64,000 nucleotides of DNA from Octopus sinensis. Its lineage: Eukaryota. The stretch is taken from assembly GCF_006345805.1 (NCBI RefSeq), contig NW_021833420.1:1-64000 (forward strand), given 5' to 3'. The notes under the pieces were generated by a model, which was given only the letters and a program-made list of their open reading frames with translations, was not told where the DNA came from and searched no databases. Every line of letters begins with the position of its first letter. Within the stretch, counting starts at the first letter, position 1. Both the position numbers and the translations under genes were made by a program. Positions 12,490 through 24,779 of this stretch are shown here, one piece after another.

Positions 12490-14230
12490 TTAGCCACATT
12501 TCTAGTTTGCTTTGTAGGTGTAATGAAGGTTAATAGGTAATTAAAATATATGGGCCTCTATTATATATGATTAGATCCGATGGGATAAAATAAATGCTCA
12601 GTCACAGATTAATAGGGTTAGATAATGTGTTCCTTCAGTATCACATACAACACTCATAATAGATTCTTTTTATATTTTCATTATTCTCTTAATAATTCAT
12701 AGACCTCCATACAGCATTGTCTACACCCCATATCTACTGTTAGAGTATGGTTTTGCTACCCTAATTATATACCATTTTATATCGATATTATCGTATTTGA
12801 GCTCTCAAACTTTCGTGGCTAATGATGTTCTACCAGCCCTAGGTTTCAGTTTGAAAGACGATTGCAGGTTGCGTAGTCTCTTTATACATATATAAATATA
12901 AATATAAGAATATAAATATAAGTATTATCCTTTGTCGTCACTGTACACCTGTATACAACATTTTCAGCCATACAGTGACCAGAAATCGGGCGTGATTTTT
13001 TTCGAAACAATTGCATCTATGTTTGGTCATGACGCAATTGTTATTACGAATAATCCCTCTTATACTATTTTGGCTTATAGAATTATCCTATTGGGTGCTA
13101 TTAGTGTTCATATAGTTACTACCAGAGGCAATGTTAAAATATCTAGGGTCGTTATTATTAACTATATTCAGAGTAGTAGTTGGTGGATTGATTAGCTTCA
13201 GGTGACCTGCTCTACGCGCGGGTGAGGGTGTGGTTGTTACTTTCTGTTGCTTCCTTTCTGTTTCTTATCGCTACATTCTCCCTCTTTGTTTTTCTCTCCT
13301 TTCTCACTTTTCCACTCTCTTACTCTTCATTTCTCTTGGACTCTCCCTCGCTTTCTCTTACTCTCTATCTTTCTATATCTGTCTCCCATTTATAAAAAAC
13401 AAAAGATCTTGAGTAAGTTGATAAAGAAAATATTTTGAAAGATCAATCATAAATATCAGGTCGTGACAACGGAAAGCACACTTGCCTTTTGTACGTGCCA
13501 CTATTTGAGCGATTAAAAATAAAGAAAAAAGGATTTCTTTGTTAAATTTAGTACTTATTTTGGGAATTTTTCGATGATTGACCATGCAAATGAAAGCTCT
13601 AAACACGGGCTACATGCAGCTGCAAATTTCTTTCAGTAAAAATGAAAACTGTAAACAATAAAATATAAGAGGCAAAAATACGTAAAAATGAGAAATGTTT
13701 TTCAACTTCAAAAATCTTGCCTTAATTTTCAAAATTTCGAACCCATTTTGCGCGCTTAAATTACAAATCCGCTTCCACTTTACCATGTTGAAAATGTGAT
13801 TGAAATCGGGCAAAAAAGTGTCCAATCAAGACACGCAAGTGTCCCCCAAAATCAATAAAATCCCTGTTTTCACAGCAAAACAACCACTGTAGCGCCCCAA
13901 AACGTCTGCCAATCAATTTCTCACCTCACGTTACCCCCTCCTGTAAATTTTAATCCCCTTCCAGCCCCATTTAGGGTCCTTTTTACATAAAAATCCAATT
14001 TCTATCAACGTTCGCCTTCTTCATTTTATAGATTAGATTGTTTTACTTGTTTCGGTATTATGACTTAATTTAATTTGGGTCTACGCGGGACACATGTTAA
14101 AAGATGAGGAATTTTGCCCTAAAGGCCATGTCTTTCAATTGAGCAAACTCAAAGTTGCCATGCAAACTCGCTAGTATTTTTAACATAGGTATGCATATTT
14201 TCAGCTCAGTCCGACCACATATTCATACAT
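12490..14230 (-). mobile_element. Penelope-like element remnant (RT tail/GIY-YIG) interrupted by a Helitron
   Basis: Similar to 15390-15500 (KW.IIRVAKPYSN..C.LC region); similarity resumes on the other side of 13192-14032. Confidence 0.55.
13192..14032 (-). mobile_element. Non-autonomous Helitron
   Basis: 5' A|TCTATAAAATGAAG; 3' imperfect GC hairpin cccgcgcgtagagcagg then CTAA|T (variant of CTAG); no TSD. Confidence 0.6.
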
Positions 14231-14307
14231 TATATATATATATATATAATAGAAATATTAAAATTACTAAGTCTCTCTAAAGGAGATTACAGCTGCGTTA
14301 CTGGATA

Positions 14308-14445
14308 TTAATAGTTATCGCCATACTAATATGGCATCGCCTCTAGGACATCGCCTCTAGCTAGCGATGGCCTCTTGGAGCTAATCAGCGACAGCTTTAG
14401 TCTTATATTTATAGACTGCCATATTAGTATGGCGATAACTATTAA
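14308..14445. mobile_element. 138-bp MITE-like element with perfect 29-bp terminal inverted repeats including TTAA
   Basis: ttaatagttatcgccatactaatatggca ... tgccatattagtatggcgataactattaa. Confidence 0.65.
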
Positions 14446-14456
14446 TATATATATAT

Positions 14457-14488
<32 letters not shown>

Positions 14489-14541
14489 CGTATTAAATAT
14501 GTACATATATACGCATAATATATACATGTCTACACACACAT

Positions 14542-14582
<41 letters not shown>

Positions 14583-14699
14583 AAAATATATACTTTATAT
14601 ACACATATATATATGTATACACATTATATATATATATATATTTATATACAAACATATATATATTTAAATTAACACAATATATCTGATTTATAATATTTG

Positions 14700-15161
14700 T
14701 TATGATGGCGCGGAGATGGTGGGCGATAATAATTCACCGTTCTAAAAGACCTGTGGCGGTAATATTTCAACTTTTACGGTCGTCAACGCTTTCTCTCTAT
14801 AGATACAGACAGACGTACAGTAAGGGAGGTGGTGGGAGAAAGAGTGACAGAGAGACGAAGCTGTCAAACGTCGTTATAGAGAGAATGTGCAGGGAAGGAA
14901 GGAAAAAGAGAGATCGAGGAAGAAAGGGTGATAGCCGAAAGGGAGAAACGACAAACACTTGTCAAAGTGTGGAATTTGTTGCCCTAGTAACCACAGCTTT
15001 TGAGATATGGGTTTTTAACCTAGTGCAGCCGCTTCCTCGCCTCTTTTTACATGTCCCTGTAAATTTTGGTACCAATCCGATCCCATCTAGCGCTCCTTAA
15101 ACTGTTCCAATCCCAAAATGAGACAAACAAATTTTTCGCATTTCAGCTTTTTAGATATTGA
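14700..15161 (-). mobile_element. Probable non-autonomous Helitron-type repeat
   Basis: 5' A|TCAATATCTAAAAAGC; core resembles the 5' region of the Helitron at about 19150-19336; 3' end unclear. Confidence 0.4.
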
Positions 15162-15329
15162 TTTGGGATAGAAACTATGAGAATAGGAACAATTTCACTA
15201 GATGATCATGCTAATTGTTAGACTATACAGACTTAAACATGAAAAAGTAGGGAAACTAAGAGTGTAGTAACATTGGCTAAAAACTAAACTGAAATGTTAG
15301 GTAATACCTTTAAAATATTTAAAGGTATG

Positions 15330-16230
15330 GGTTACTTTATTAATAAATAAAAGGCGTAGGTCCAATTTATTATTAATTAAATTTTCACTATTCGCCTATT
15401 TAATATTTCATAGACCTCCATACAGCATTATCTACACCCGATATCTGCTGTTAGAGTAAGGTTTTGCTACCCTAATTATATACCATTTTATATTGAATTC
15501 GATATAATCGTCTTTGATTCTGCATAGGATAAGAAGGGATTATGCAATCAGAATCTATCAGCAATGGGCCAGGAATTGACAGGGATTCGTTTGGGCATAA
15601 TTCTAAGCTAACTGAAAGTAGTTTATGACCGCAATTTGTGACAGGGCTAGAGTGAAAATCTGTTTTTATATCATTAGCAGTCACAAGCTGCTTACTACCA
15701 AGACAATCACTACAACCATCATTTGTAGCTGGCACAATCCTATTAATGTTTTTAGATTCAACAGCATTAAGGGGATTATAAACCCTGGGGATATTGGAAT
15801 GTTTAGTATTAGTGTTACTTATGTCGATGAGGTTATCATGATTGCCAGTTGGTACTATATCATCATAATCCCTATCACTATTGTTACGGGTTAGGTTTAT
15901 GCTTTTTCTGTTCAGGCCAGCTACAATCGTACTAAGGGTAGAATAGGAAACTCTAATATTCTTACGGGTAACATTTGTGCGATGGGGCGGGGAAAGTTCT
16001 TATCTAATATGCTAAAGAATGTTTTATATAAATTAGTACATATTACGTAATTGCATGATGGATTATACCAGATTACATCATTGTTATTTGTGTGTTTTCC
16101 TTTATACCTCCTACGCTTCTTAGACTTATAGTTAGTTGCAGATTTATACGATACTAGCTGAATCACTGCCTTCAGGGCGGTTGATTAAAGAATTTCCTTA
16201 TAGACAACGTTGTCAGTGTAGATTCCTTTC
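15330..16230 (-). mobile_element. Penelope-like element, GIY-YIG region, degenerate
   Basis: VIWYNP, FFSILDKNFP, and IQYKWYIIRVAKPYSN by frameshift. Confidence 0.7.
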
Positions 16231-19200
16231 ATACCCTTATACTCTGAGTCCAAAGCAAATATATACACATTGTTCCCAGAACCAAAGCCAATACATGTAC
16301 ATTGTACCCAGAAACAAAGCAAATATATACACATTGTTCCCAGAAGCCAACATGGCTTCCGTTATCTCAGTCCATTTTGGGTTGGTTGTCATACTGATGA
16401 AGTAGTCTGGATTTCCAAACTCTCTCACCAGAGCAATTCGAGGTTGAAAACACTCCCTGTAAAACCGAGGAGAAGCAGTATGTGATGGCGGAAGGATGAT
16501 TTTAGACCCTTCGTCATTCATGTCTCCATTTGCAATAGCATCCATAAGACCCTGGTACTTTTCAGCCTTAAGTTGTTTCTGATGAGTTCTCAGGAAGTGT
16601 AATCGATCTTGCTCTATCTTTGTATATTAATCTACTGCATGTTGTTGCATCAGACGTTTACTTTTCATTATGCCTTTGAACTCGTCCTTTCTTATCTGGA
16701 GCCGATAAGAATAAGTCACATTCAGTGATAGCTTTGCTTCCGGTATTGTCTTTCAAGAGCGCATTCCAGCCCTCTTCTCCATAGGGAAACAGAAGTAAAT
16801 AATGAAGAAAGCCATAACCTTTGTGGATTTGACTAATGTAGTCTAACTTTTCATTGCTCGCATTGTACTAAATGGCAACATCCACAGGTTTAATGTTTGG
16901 GTTATTGGTATCATCCACCACCGTGATCACAGCAACTTTTTCTGCAGTTGATGGATTACAGCTTCTCTCATGTGACCCAACAGGAATAAGCCGTTTGTGA
17001 TGACTTATAATATCATCGGTAGAATATTTTCCTGATGCAGGGTATTCCTTAAGTGTGTCAATAGCCTGTTTAAACTTTTGACATATGGATTGTGCATATG
17101 CAATGCTCTCTGAAAGTCTAGCAGGATGTTCTCATTAAGGTCATTGTCAGCCCCTCTGAATGACAACCTGTTTCTCATCTCACTTTCAGTGTCAACGAAA
17201 TATAGTTGTGTGTAGACTGGCTTCCTATTTACTGGTGGTAGGAAACTTTCTACGCGGTGGTACAACTTTCCTTGAATCTTGAATGTAGTCATATAAGTGC
17301 TACCACCCTATGGTCAAATTGGTGGATTATCCAGTCCAAGTGAAGCCATAAACTAGTAAATTATTGTAGTCACGAATTTTGTTCAGAAACATTTGACTGC
17401 ATAGATTAACATCATTATATTAAGTTATTCATTCTGGGGCTTTTTTACCTGTGGAATTTTATATTTACTAATTTTTCCTTTGCCACAGCAGGGGGTAGTT
17501 TTCTCAGCTCTTCTAAGGTAATCTTTGCAGTTAGGGTATGTTCTGTTAAAAATGTTTCCATGGTAGTGCAACATAAAGATTGGGTTTCGTTCTTTCTCTT
17601 GAAAATCTGCCACATCAACTTCCATAGCCATTCTCTCAGTGTCAGTTCTTTGCTGACAAAGTTTCAGTTGCTATCGTGCCTGGTTGTCGCTACTGAATGT
17701 GTTGCAGTGACGTGTTTTCCCTAGAGACCTCTCCTCTTTCCCCAGCAGATCAGTATTTGTCCGTCGTGCTTCTGTTTAATGTGGTATTTTCATTGCACGG
17801 TTTTTCTGTGTTCTCAGCCGATTCACATTCTTCCGTTCTTTTTTTATTTTTCTGGTCTTTCCATTGCACGGGTTCCCTGTGTTCTCATCCGATTCGCATT
17901 TCTCCGTCCTTCTGAATCTTCTGGTCCTTCCATTGCACGGGTTTCCTGTCTCTTCAGCCGATTGCATTTCTCCATACCTCTGTTTGTTCTGGTGTTTCTA
18001 TTGCGTGGGGTTCTTGCATTCTCCTTCGCTTTATTTCGAGACACTGAGAAGAGCTAGGTCCTTGTCTGTTTTCTTCAATTAGCATCTGTTGTCTTTGCTC
18101 AGCAATCTTTTGTGAATAAGAATTTTTTCGGGTCAGGTTGTTGCCCTTTCTTTCTCTGAGCACAGTATACTGCTGAAAGCGTGAATATTTATGACAATTA
18201 TACAGTGAAAGTTTTGCAACGATTCAGCTAGTATTTAAGCTAATTTCTCTGAACGGGAAGTTTCCACGGTAATTGTAAATATTTACTTTGAGTATTTATT
18301 TAAAATTACTCTACTCTCGCTAAACACTATTTTAAAGTGCGATTTTTTGTTGTTGAATTGCTCTAAACGAATTTTACCATAAAAATGTCGGAAATTTAGT
18401 ATTTTTTAAGGTAATAATAAAATTAGTCGAACCTATTTTCATGCAGTCGAATGCGTAGTTTCCAAAATTTTCATACTTTTTACATATGCTGTTTCAGACG
18501 ACAGTACGTTCAATAACATATTCATACACGAAACGACGTAAACACACATAAAAATAGTCCCGACGGCCGACGGCATGAAAATAGTTCCGGCAAATTTTAT
18601 TAATATCTTTAAAAATACTAAATTTCCAATATTTTTATGGTCAAATTCGCTTAGAGTAATTCAATGACATAAAAATCGAACTTTAAGATAGTGTTTAACG
18701 AGTATGGTGTAATTGTAATTTTCACCGAAGATCAACAGTATATATTTTTTCAAAATGACACCGATAGAAACATTGGAAAAAACGCAACCGGTTAAGAGAG
18801 AATGAAGTAAGAGAAGTAGTAAATATGTGTCTTAGAGAGAGAGAGAGTTATGAGAGGGAACATTGTGTGAGAGTGAGTGCGATACGTAATACTTATGTGT
18901 GTGTGTGTGAGAGAGAAAGAGAGAAAGAGACAGACAGACAGAGAGAGAAACGTCAAATTAACACCAACGGAGACATGGAAAGAGCGCAACCGATTAAGAG
19001 AGAGTGAGTTATGAGAGGAAGCATTGTTTGCAATTCTATCAATTACCACTCCTCACACTACAGCTCCCAATAAGAGAAAGAGGTAGTAAGCGTGAGGAAT
19101 AGTAGGAGAGTCACTGAATAGTGAGAGAGGGGTAATTCGTTTTGTCGGATTTTACCAGACTGGAACCGGACCGGTTAATTTTCGTGAATCCCATATAGAT

Positions 19201-19336
19201 GTTAACACTTTCTCGGTACCCACGGTTCCTCACGCCAAGTTTGGTCGAATCGGTCCAGTGGTTGCGGAGGAGTTTGGAAACACGATTTTGACACAGACAT
19301 ACACACTAGACGTAAAAAGCGCAATTATAGTATAGA
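16230..19336 (-). mobile_element. Helitron, 5' portion with Rep-domain pseudogene, 3' truncated
   Basis: 5' A|TCTATACTATAATTGCG. Fragments PCCGKGKI, FKIQGKLYHR..LP....P.YTQLYFVD, NPYVKS, IILPPSHTASPRFY, FGNPDYFISMTTNPKWTEI. Confidence 0.9.
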
Positions 19337-19379
19337 TACTTATGTTTTTGTTGTTATCAATATCCTTATTTTTGCTACA

Positions 19380-20330
19380 ATAATTATTTCCGCACTTAAC
19401 TACATTTAGCCACTTTTTTCTGGTATACCCATTAGTTAATTAGTTAACCTCTTGACTCCATCATCAACACAATTACTTTTATTATAGCTTTTAATGAATT
19501 TAGTGGGCCTTCTAATATCATTCTCACAATTCCCAGAAATGGGAGTGATTCTTATGTTAGTGTTGTGTACATTATCATCTAGTTTCGGTGATTTAATAAA
19601 GCCAATGAATCCACTGGAATTCATTGAAACTAGTCTAATCGTATCACTCGAATTTGTCTTAAGCATCTGCCTATGTGCTGATACGATATTAACATTATCA
19701 TTACCATCAATACATTTATCATTATTATGACGGATAGTTTTACATTTAGACTTTTCATATACAATGTCTTGTTTCTAGCGGGTTTTTCGTATAGCCGAAT
19801 TATAAAAATGAGTGTAGGAATTGACAATGCTAGTTGCATATTCCTCCTTTTACTAGGGATTTAATCACGCAGTGGTGATGGTAGCTGGGAGGGGGCGGTG
19901 ATTGGAGAATTTACTGACATATTTAGTGATTTCCTCGGGTTTTCTATAGGGATAGTATAATCCAGATTTAAGGTCTAATTTTACATCCAAGAAATCAACC
20001 ACTTTAGTACCATGCTCGAAAGTTAAATTTAGGTTGAAGTTTCGAAGGAATTTTCTAATTTTATACGCGTCCTCTCCAAGACTGTTTCACTGCTACTGTG
20101 TATGACGAACATTCATGTATAAACCATCACGAAGATCTCGGAATTCCTTACTAACACAGTGTAGGAGGTAGATTCTTACTATGTCGGTAACTTGGGCTGA
20201 ATCACTGAATCTCATGGCTATATCGAAGTTGTCGCCGGTATAACTTCTCTTCCATAGTCTCTCCTCAAACTCAATGATAGTTCGTCTAAGGTGTTCTAGA
20301 CATTTTAACATCTCCCTGGCCGAACACTTG
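19380..20330 (-). mobile_element. Penelope-like RT fragment
   Basis: FDIAM..SDSAQVTDIV (FDVTMGS.DGAE-like), LRDGL (YRDDGL-like), VVDFLDVKLDL, YRKP, NH segments. Confidence 0.7.
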
Positions 20331-20339
20331 GCCCTTCGA

Positions 20340-21420
20340 TGTTGCTGACGCCGCCAACATCAAACCGGCTGACAAGTATAGAGCTGTTGTGTGATGTGTG
20401 CAGACCATTACAAGGCTGAAGCTCTCCGCCAACTTCAGGATATCGTCTTCTGTTTCCCTCTACTCTTCAGCCCCACTACTAACTACCAACAGACTATGTC
20501 TTCAACTATTCATTTCTTCTTCCTACCTCCTCTAACCTCATTCTCCCTACCTCAATCACCCTCACTATTTAATTCCTTCCCAAAATGCACAAGCCCAACA
20601 ACCCTGGCCGCCCCATCGTCTCCGTCTCCAACTGCCCGCAGAAATGATCTCCAAGTACCTTGACTGTGTCCTTTCAGCCTAGATGCTTCACTCCTCTCAC
20701 ACATTCACCATACTAATCATGCTGTTTAATTCTTTCTCCTTCTCTCCTGGTCCCTCCCAAATCCTGTTTACTTTCGACATTAAGCCGCTGTGCACAGTGA
20801 TCCCGCACAACGAAGGCCTTCATGCGCTAAAACACTTCAGCCAGACCCTCAGCTTGATACCTCCACTTTTCTTCGTTTCTCCTAACTTGTTTTTCTGCTT
20901 CAACTGCTTTTCGTTCGCGAGTGAGTTTTACCAACAGGTCTCGCGGGGGAGTTTTACCAAGGGCTATGGCAACGAGAATGGACTTCAGCTATGCGAACTT
21001 GTTCGTTGGCTATGTTGAGGCGCAAATATTCTCACAGTTCACTAGTCTCACTCTTGAGCTATACGGTCGATATATCGATGAGTGTATCGGCGTAACCTCA
21101 CTCTCCCGTTAACATCTTGACTTCTTCCTCTCCTTTGTCCAATCTTTCCAGTCTGCCCTCGAATTCTCTTCTACTGTTTCTAACTCTTCCGTCGAATTTC
21201 CCGACATTTCTTTCAATATGCACCACACCACTCTCGTCACTTCCATTCACTACAAACACACAGACTCACACTCCTACCTTCGTTTCTCCTCCACCAACCC
21301 TACTCACTCCAAGCTCTTCATCCTCTACTCCCATTTCCTTCGTCTACGCCGGCTCTGCAGTACCGACCATGACTGAGACCCAGTCTCAACTCATGGCTCG
21401 CTACTTCACTGTACGTGATA
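20340..21420 (+). mobile_element. Penelope-like RT fragment (second family), head-to-head with the previous one
   Basis: IKPADK, PK.HKPNNPGRPIVS, FTFDIK.L.TVIPHNEG, AMATRM..SYANLFVGYVE, YGRYIDECIG, HYKHTDSHSYL. Confidence 0.88.
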
Positions 21421-22057
21421 TCCCCTCACTATTATTCATACACACACACACACACACTCACACACACACATACACACACACACAAACACACACACTCACA
21501 CACACACACACACATACACACACAAATACACAAAACGCACATCACTCCCTCTAAACAACACATACACTAGGTTACTTGTACACACATACACAAACATCGA
21601 GACCGATGCGTTTGCACACACATGATAATTGACACCTATCCCACACAGATTTCCACATACCTACACACATTCATACGCGTACACATACATTCACACATCC
21701 ATACGCGCACACGCATACATACCAGTATACGAAACGCATATCACTCCACATAATGTACGCACTGGGTCACTTACACGCACATACACACACAGAGGTCCAC
21801 ATAATTCTCAGCTCGTCCACACATACATACTCATGCACTCGCCCCCACTCATAATACATACGCGCTCACACACACCATTCTCACATACTCACACGCGCTT
21901 GAATAAATTTGCTTAGCTGGGTTATCGTTATTATCTCTCATTCAACCTCTTCCTTCAGGCCATTTCATCATGTTGAACCGTTAATCCTACGCATTTCTAT
22001 CTCCGTCTGTTTTTTGTTTTTTTTTCATTCTCTTTCATTTTTTTTCCCATCTTAATC

Positions 22058-22093
22058 CTTTCTGTCGAAGAGCGTAGGCTCGAAACGTAGAAG
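22058..22093 (+). ncRNA. Minimal hammerhead-ribozyme-like motif (A6U variant)
   Basis: CTTT-CTGTCGAA-GAG(cgtagg)CTC-GAA-ACGT-A-GAAG: stem I, stem II, palindromic stem III; downstream of a PLE RT. Confidence 0.5.
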
Positions 22094-22589
22094 ACTTTCC
22101 ATTCTTCCCGAGCGTTAAGCTAATACACCCGCTGGTTGTTCCTACACCTGTCTTCGTCTTAGCATTTGGAAAGTTGATTTTTAATGTGTTGTACGTGTGG
22201 TGCTTTAGCTTTAAAATTTGTATGTGTGGTGGTGGTGGTGGTGATGCATTGTGTGTTGGGAAAAAGAAGTCTTCCATTGTGGATGTTTGTGCAGTCTGTT
22301 TGTGCTGTGTACTGTGTCGGTGCTTGTGGTGGTAGTATTGGTGGTGTTGTTGTTGTTTGCTGTGTTTGCTTATTGCTGCTGATGGAATTTCCTCCTGTTT
22401 GCTCTTTTCCCTCTTTTTTCTACTGTCTTTCTTTTCCTTTTTTGTGAACTCTAGTATTATCAGGCGATTGTAACGCTGTCTTAGATGGACGTTTCGATTG
22501 CGTGGGAGTATCTGACAGGAGAGGGGGTGCAAAAGCCTCCAAAACCTGCTCACACGTTTTCAGTTGTGTGACAGGTATCGACTAGATTA

Positions 22590-23064
22590 CACACGCAAAA
22601 CAAGCGTTGGTTTTTGATAACCGTTGGGAAATGGTAAGCGTTAGGAATTGATAGCTAAAGCATTGTCTGGAGACTCCGTGATTTCCGAGATGAAATACCC
22701 CGCAGCTAGTGGACTATTATCGACAGAGCGCCACCCTATTCAGGCGTCACCTCCAACTGCCAGCTCTGCTCCCGCGAAAAACGGCATATCCTCTAACAAC
22801 CCGCAGTATCTATCAACAAGAAATACGATTTATCGTACTGCTGTCACCAGAGGAATGCCCTTCCGGCAAATTACAGAACTCTGATTACCGACAACTTGGA
22901 TACACCATCTTAGCAACAGCTGCTACTTTGCACAGCCTGCACCAAAGTCACCGCTACCAATGACTCCCATAAGCAGGGCCGCCATTTATCAATTTCCGTT
23001 TACCAACTCTCAACGCTTACCAATCCCCAACGCTTACCAATTCCCAACGCCTGTTTTGCGCGTG
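22590..23064. mobile_element. TA-flanked MITE (475 bp) with subterminal repeats
   Basis: TA|cacacgcaaaacaagcgttgg ... ccaacgcctgttttgcgcgtg|TA; repeated ggtaagcgtt / aacgcttacc units. Confidence 0.75.
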
Positions 23065-23891
23065 TATACTCGCGCATGCATGCGTCTGAATGCACAAGTA
23101 CATGCACATACGTGTGCGCGCACACACTGTTATGCATGCGTACATGTATGTGAATATACATATATACATATGGATGCACATGTGTGTGTATGCGTGTATG
23201 TGTGTGCATGTGAACGTATGCTCGTATATGCGTGTGTGAGCGCACACGCGCACGCGTGTATGTGTGTAGACGTGCGCGAGCGCGCCCGTGTACAAATGCA
23301 CATGCGTCAATATACACATGCACGCAAAAGTATACGAGCGCACCTACACACCCATATAGAACTATATACTTGCACATGCCGCCCCTTTCTGACAACCTAA
23401 CCGATTTCTTAATCGCCACGTAGTCTATTTCGTGTCCTTTAACATAAGGCTGGCCCAGGGCTAAACGACTAATCAATGAATGTTGCGATCCAATCACGAA
23501 TCCACTAAGCAGTGTCTCTGAACTAATCCACTTTCAATTACCACCTCTCCAACTTTATCCATTTATTATGATTGGAAAATGAACTCGAATGGTTAGTAGT
23601 GTCCATCTGAGTAAAATAATGATTAAAGAGACCCATAGATAACAAAATGGTTCAGAAACAACGCTTCAGTGCATTTAAGATAAAAATAATACAAAAATAG
23701 AAGCAACTCTTTTATAAGAGTAACTTCCCTTGTAAAAATATTGCTCTTTAAAAATTACATTTTAAATACTGATAGAGTGAAAATATGGAAAATACGATCT
23801 AAATCATGAGTGGAGAAACTTGTTAGTTAAAAAGGTCCGCGGGCGGATCACAAGTGCTGACTCTTATATCTGGGTAAGTCTTGTATATATA

Positions 23892-24049
23892 GGCGCAGGA
23901 GTGGCAGTGACCTAAGTAGATTGCTTACCAGCCACATGGTTTCGGGTTCAGTCACCTTGGGCAAGTGTCTTCTACTATAGCCTCGGGCCGAGCAAAGCCT
24001 TGCAAGTAGATTTGATAGACGAGAACTGAAAGAAGCTCGTCGTATATAT

Positions 24050-24100
<51 letters not shown>

Positions 24101-24316
24101 TGTGTCTGTGTTGGCCGTCCCCAACATCGCTTGACAACCGATGCTGGTGTGTTTACATCCCCCGTAACTTAGCGGTTCGGCAAAAAGAGACCGACAGAAT
24201 AAGTACTAGGCTTACAAAGAATAAGTCCTGGGGTCGATTTTCTTGACTAAACGCTGTGCTCCAGCATGGCCACAGTTAAATGACTAAAGCAAATATAAAG
24301 ATTAAAGAATAAAAAG
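23892..24316 (+). mobile_element. tRNA-derived SINE family B with internal (TA)n
   Basis: ggcgcaggagtggc... head, accttgggcaagtg core, tail ccagcatggcc.cagt.aaatgactaaa; similar to 57098-57500. Confidence 0.85.
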
Positions 24317-24779
24317 TATATCTATGCATAATTCGATATACATTAGTAAAGACAAGTTTAACACAATAAAGTAAGGCGTAATATCTTCATTAACGTCGCC
24401 ACTGAATTTAGGACGTTTATATTACTTATGAGGTATTCATGTTTATGACATATTTAAACAAATTTATTCAAGTAATAATTTTATCAAAGCTAATTCACAT
24501 TAAGGACGAAACTGCTTTTTTTTCTGTTTTTGAAAGTTTAGGAATATTCTTTGTTCATTACTCAAGTTTTTGTCAGTAAATTGGGTACGAAGACGATTTT
24601 TTGCATAATTCAATTTTTTGAAAAATTGCTCACATTGATATGTTGTCGAGAAGAGATATGCGAATTTTAAGGCATTTTTATGTAAAGCAGGTAATTTCTC
24701 AAGATTGATAGATTTGTAGAAGTCTAATAAAGACAGATTATAATACTTCGATTTTATTAAGTTATCCGACTTAATAAAA

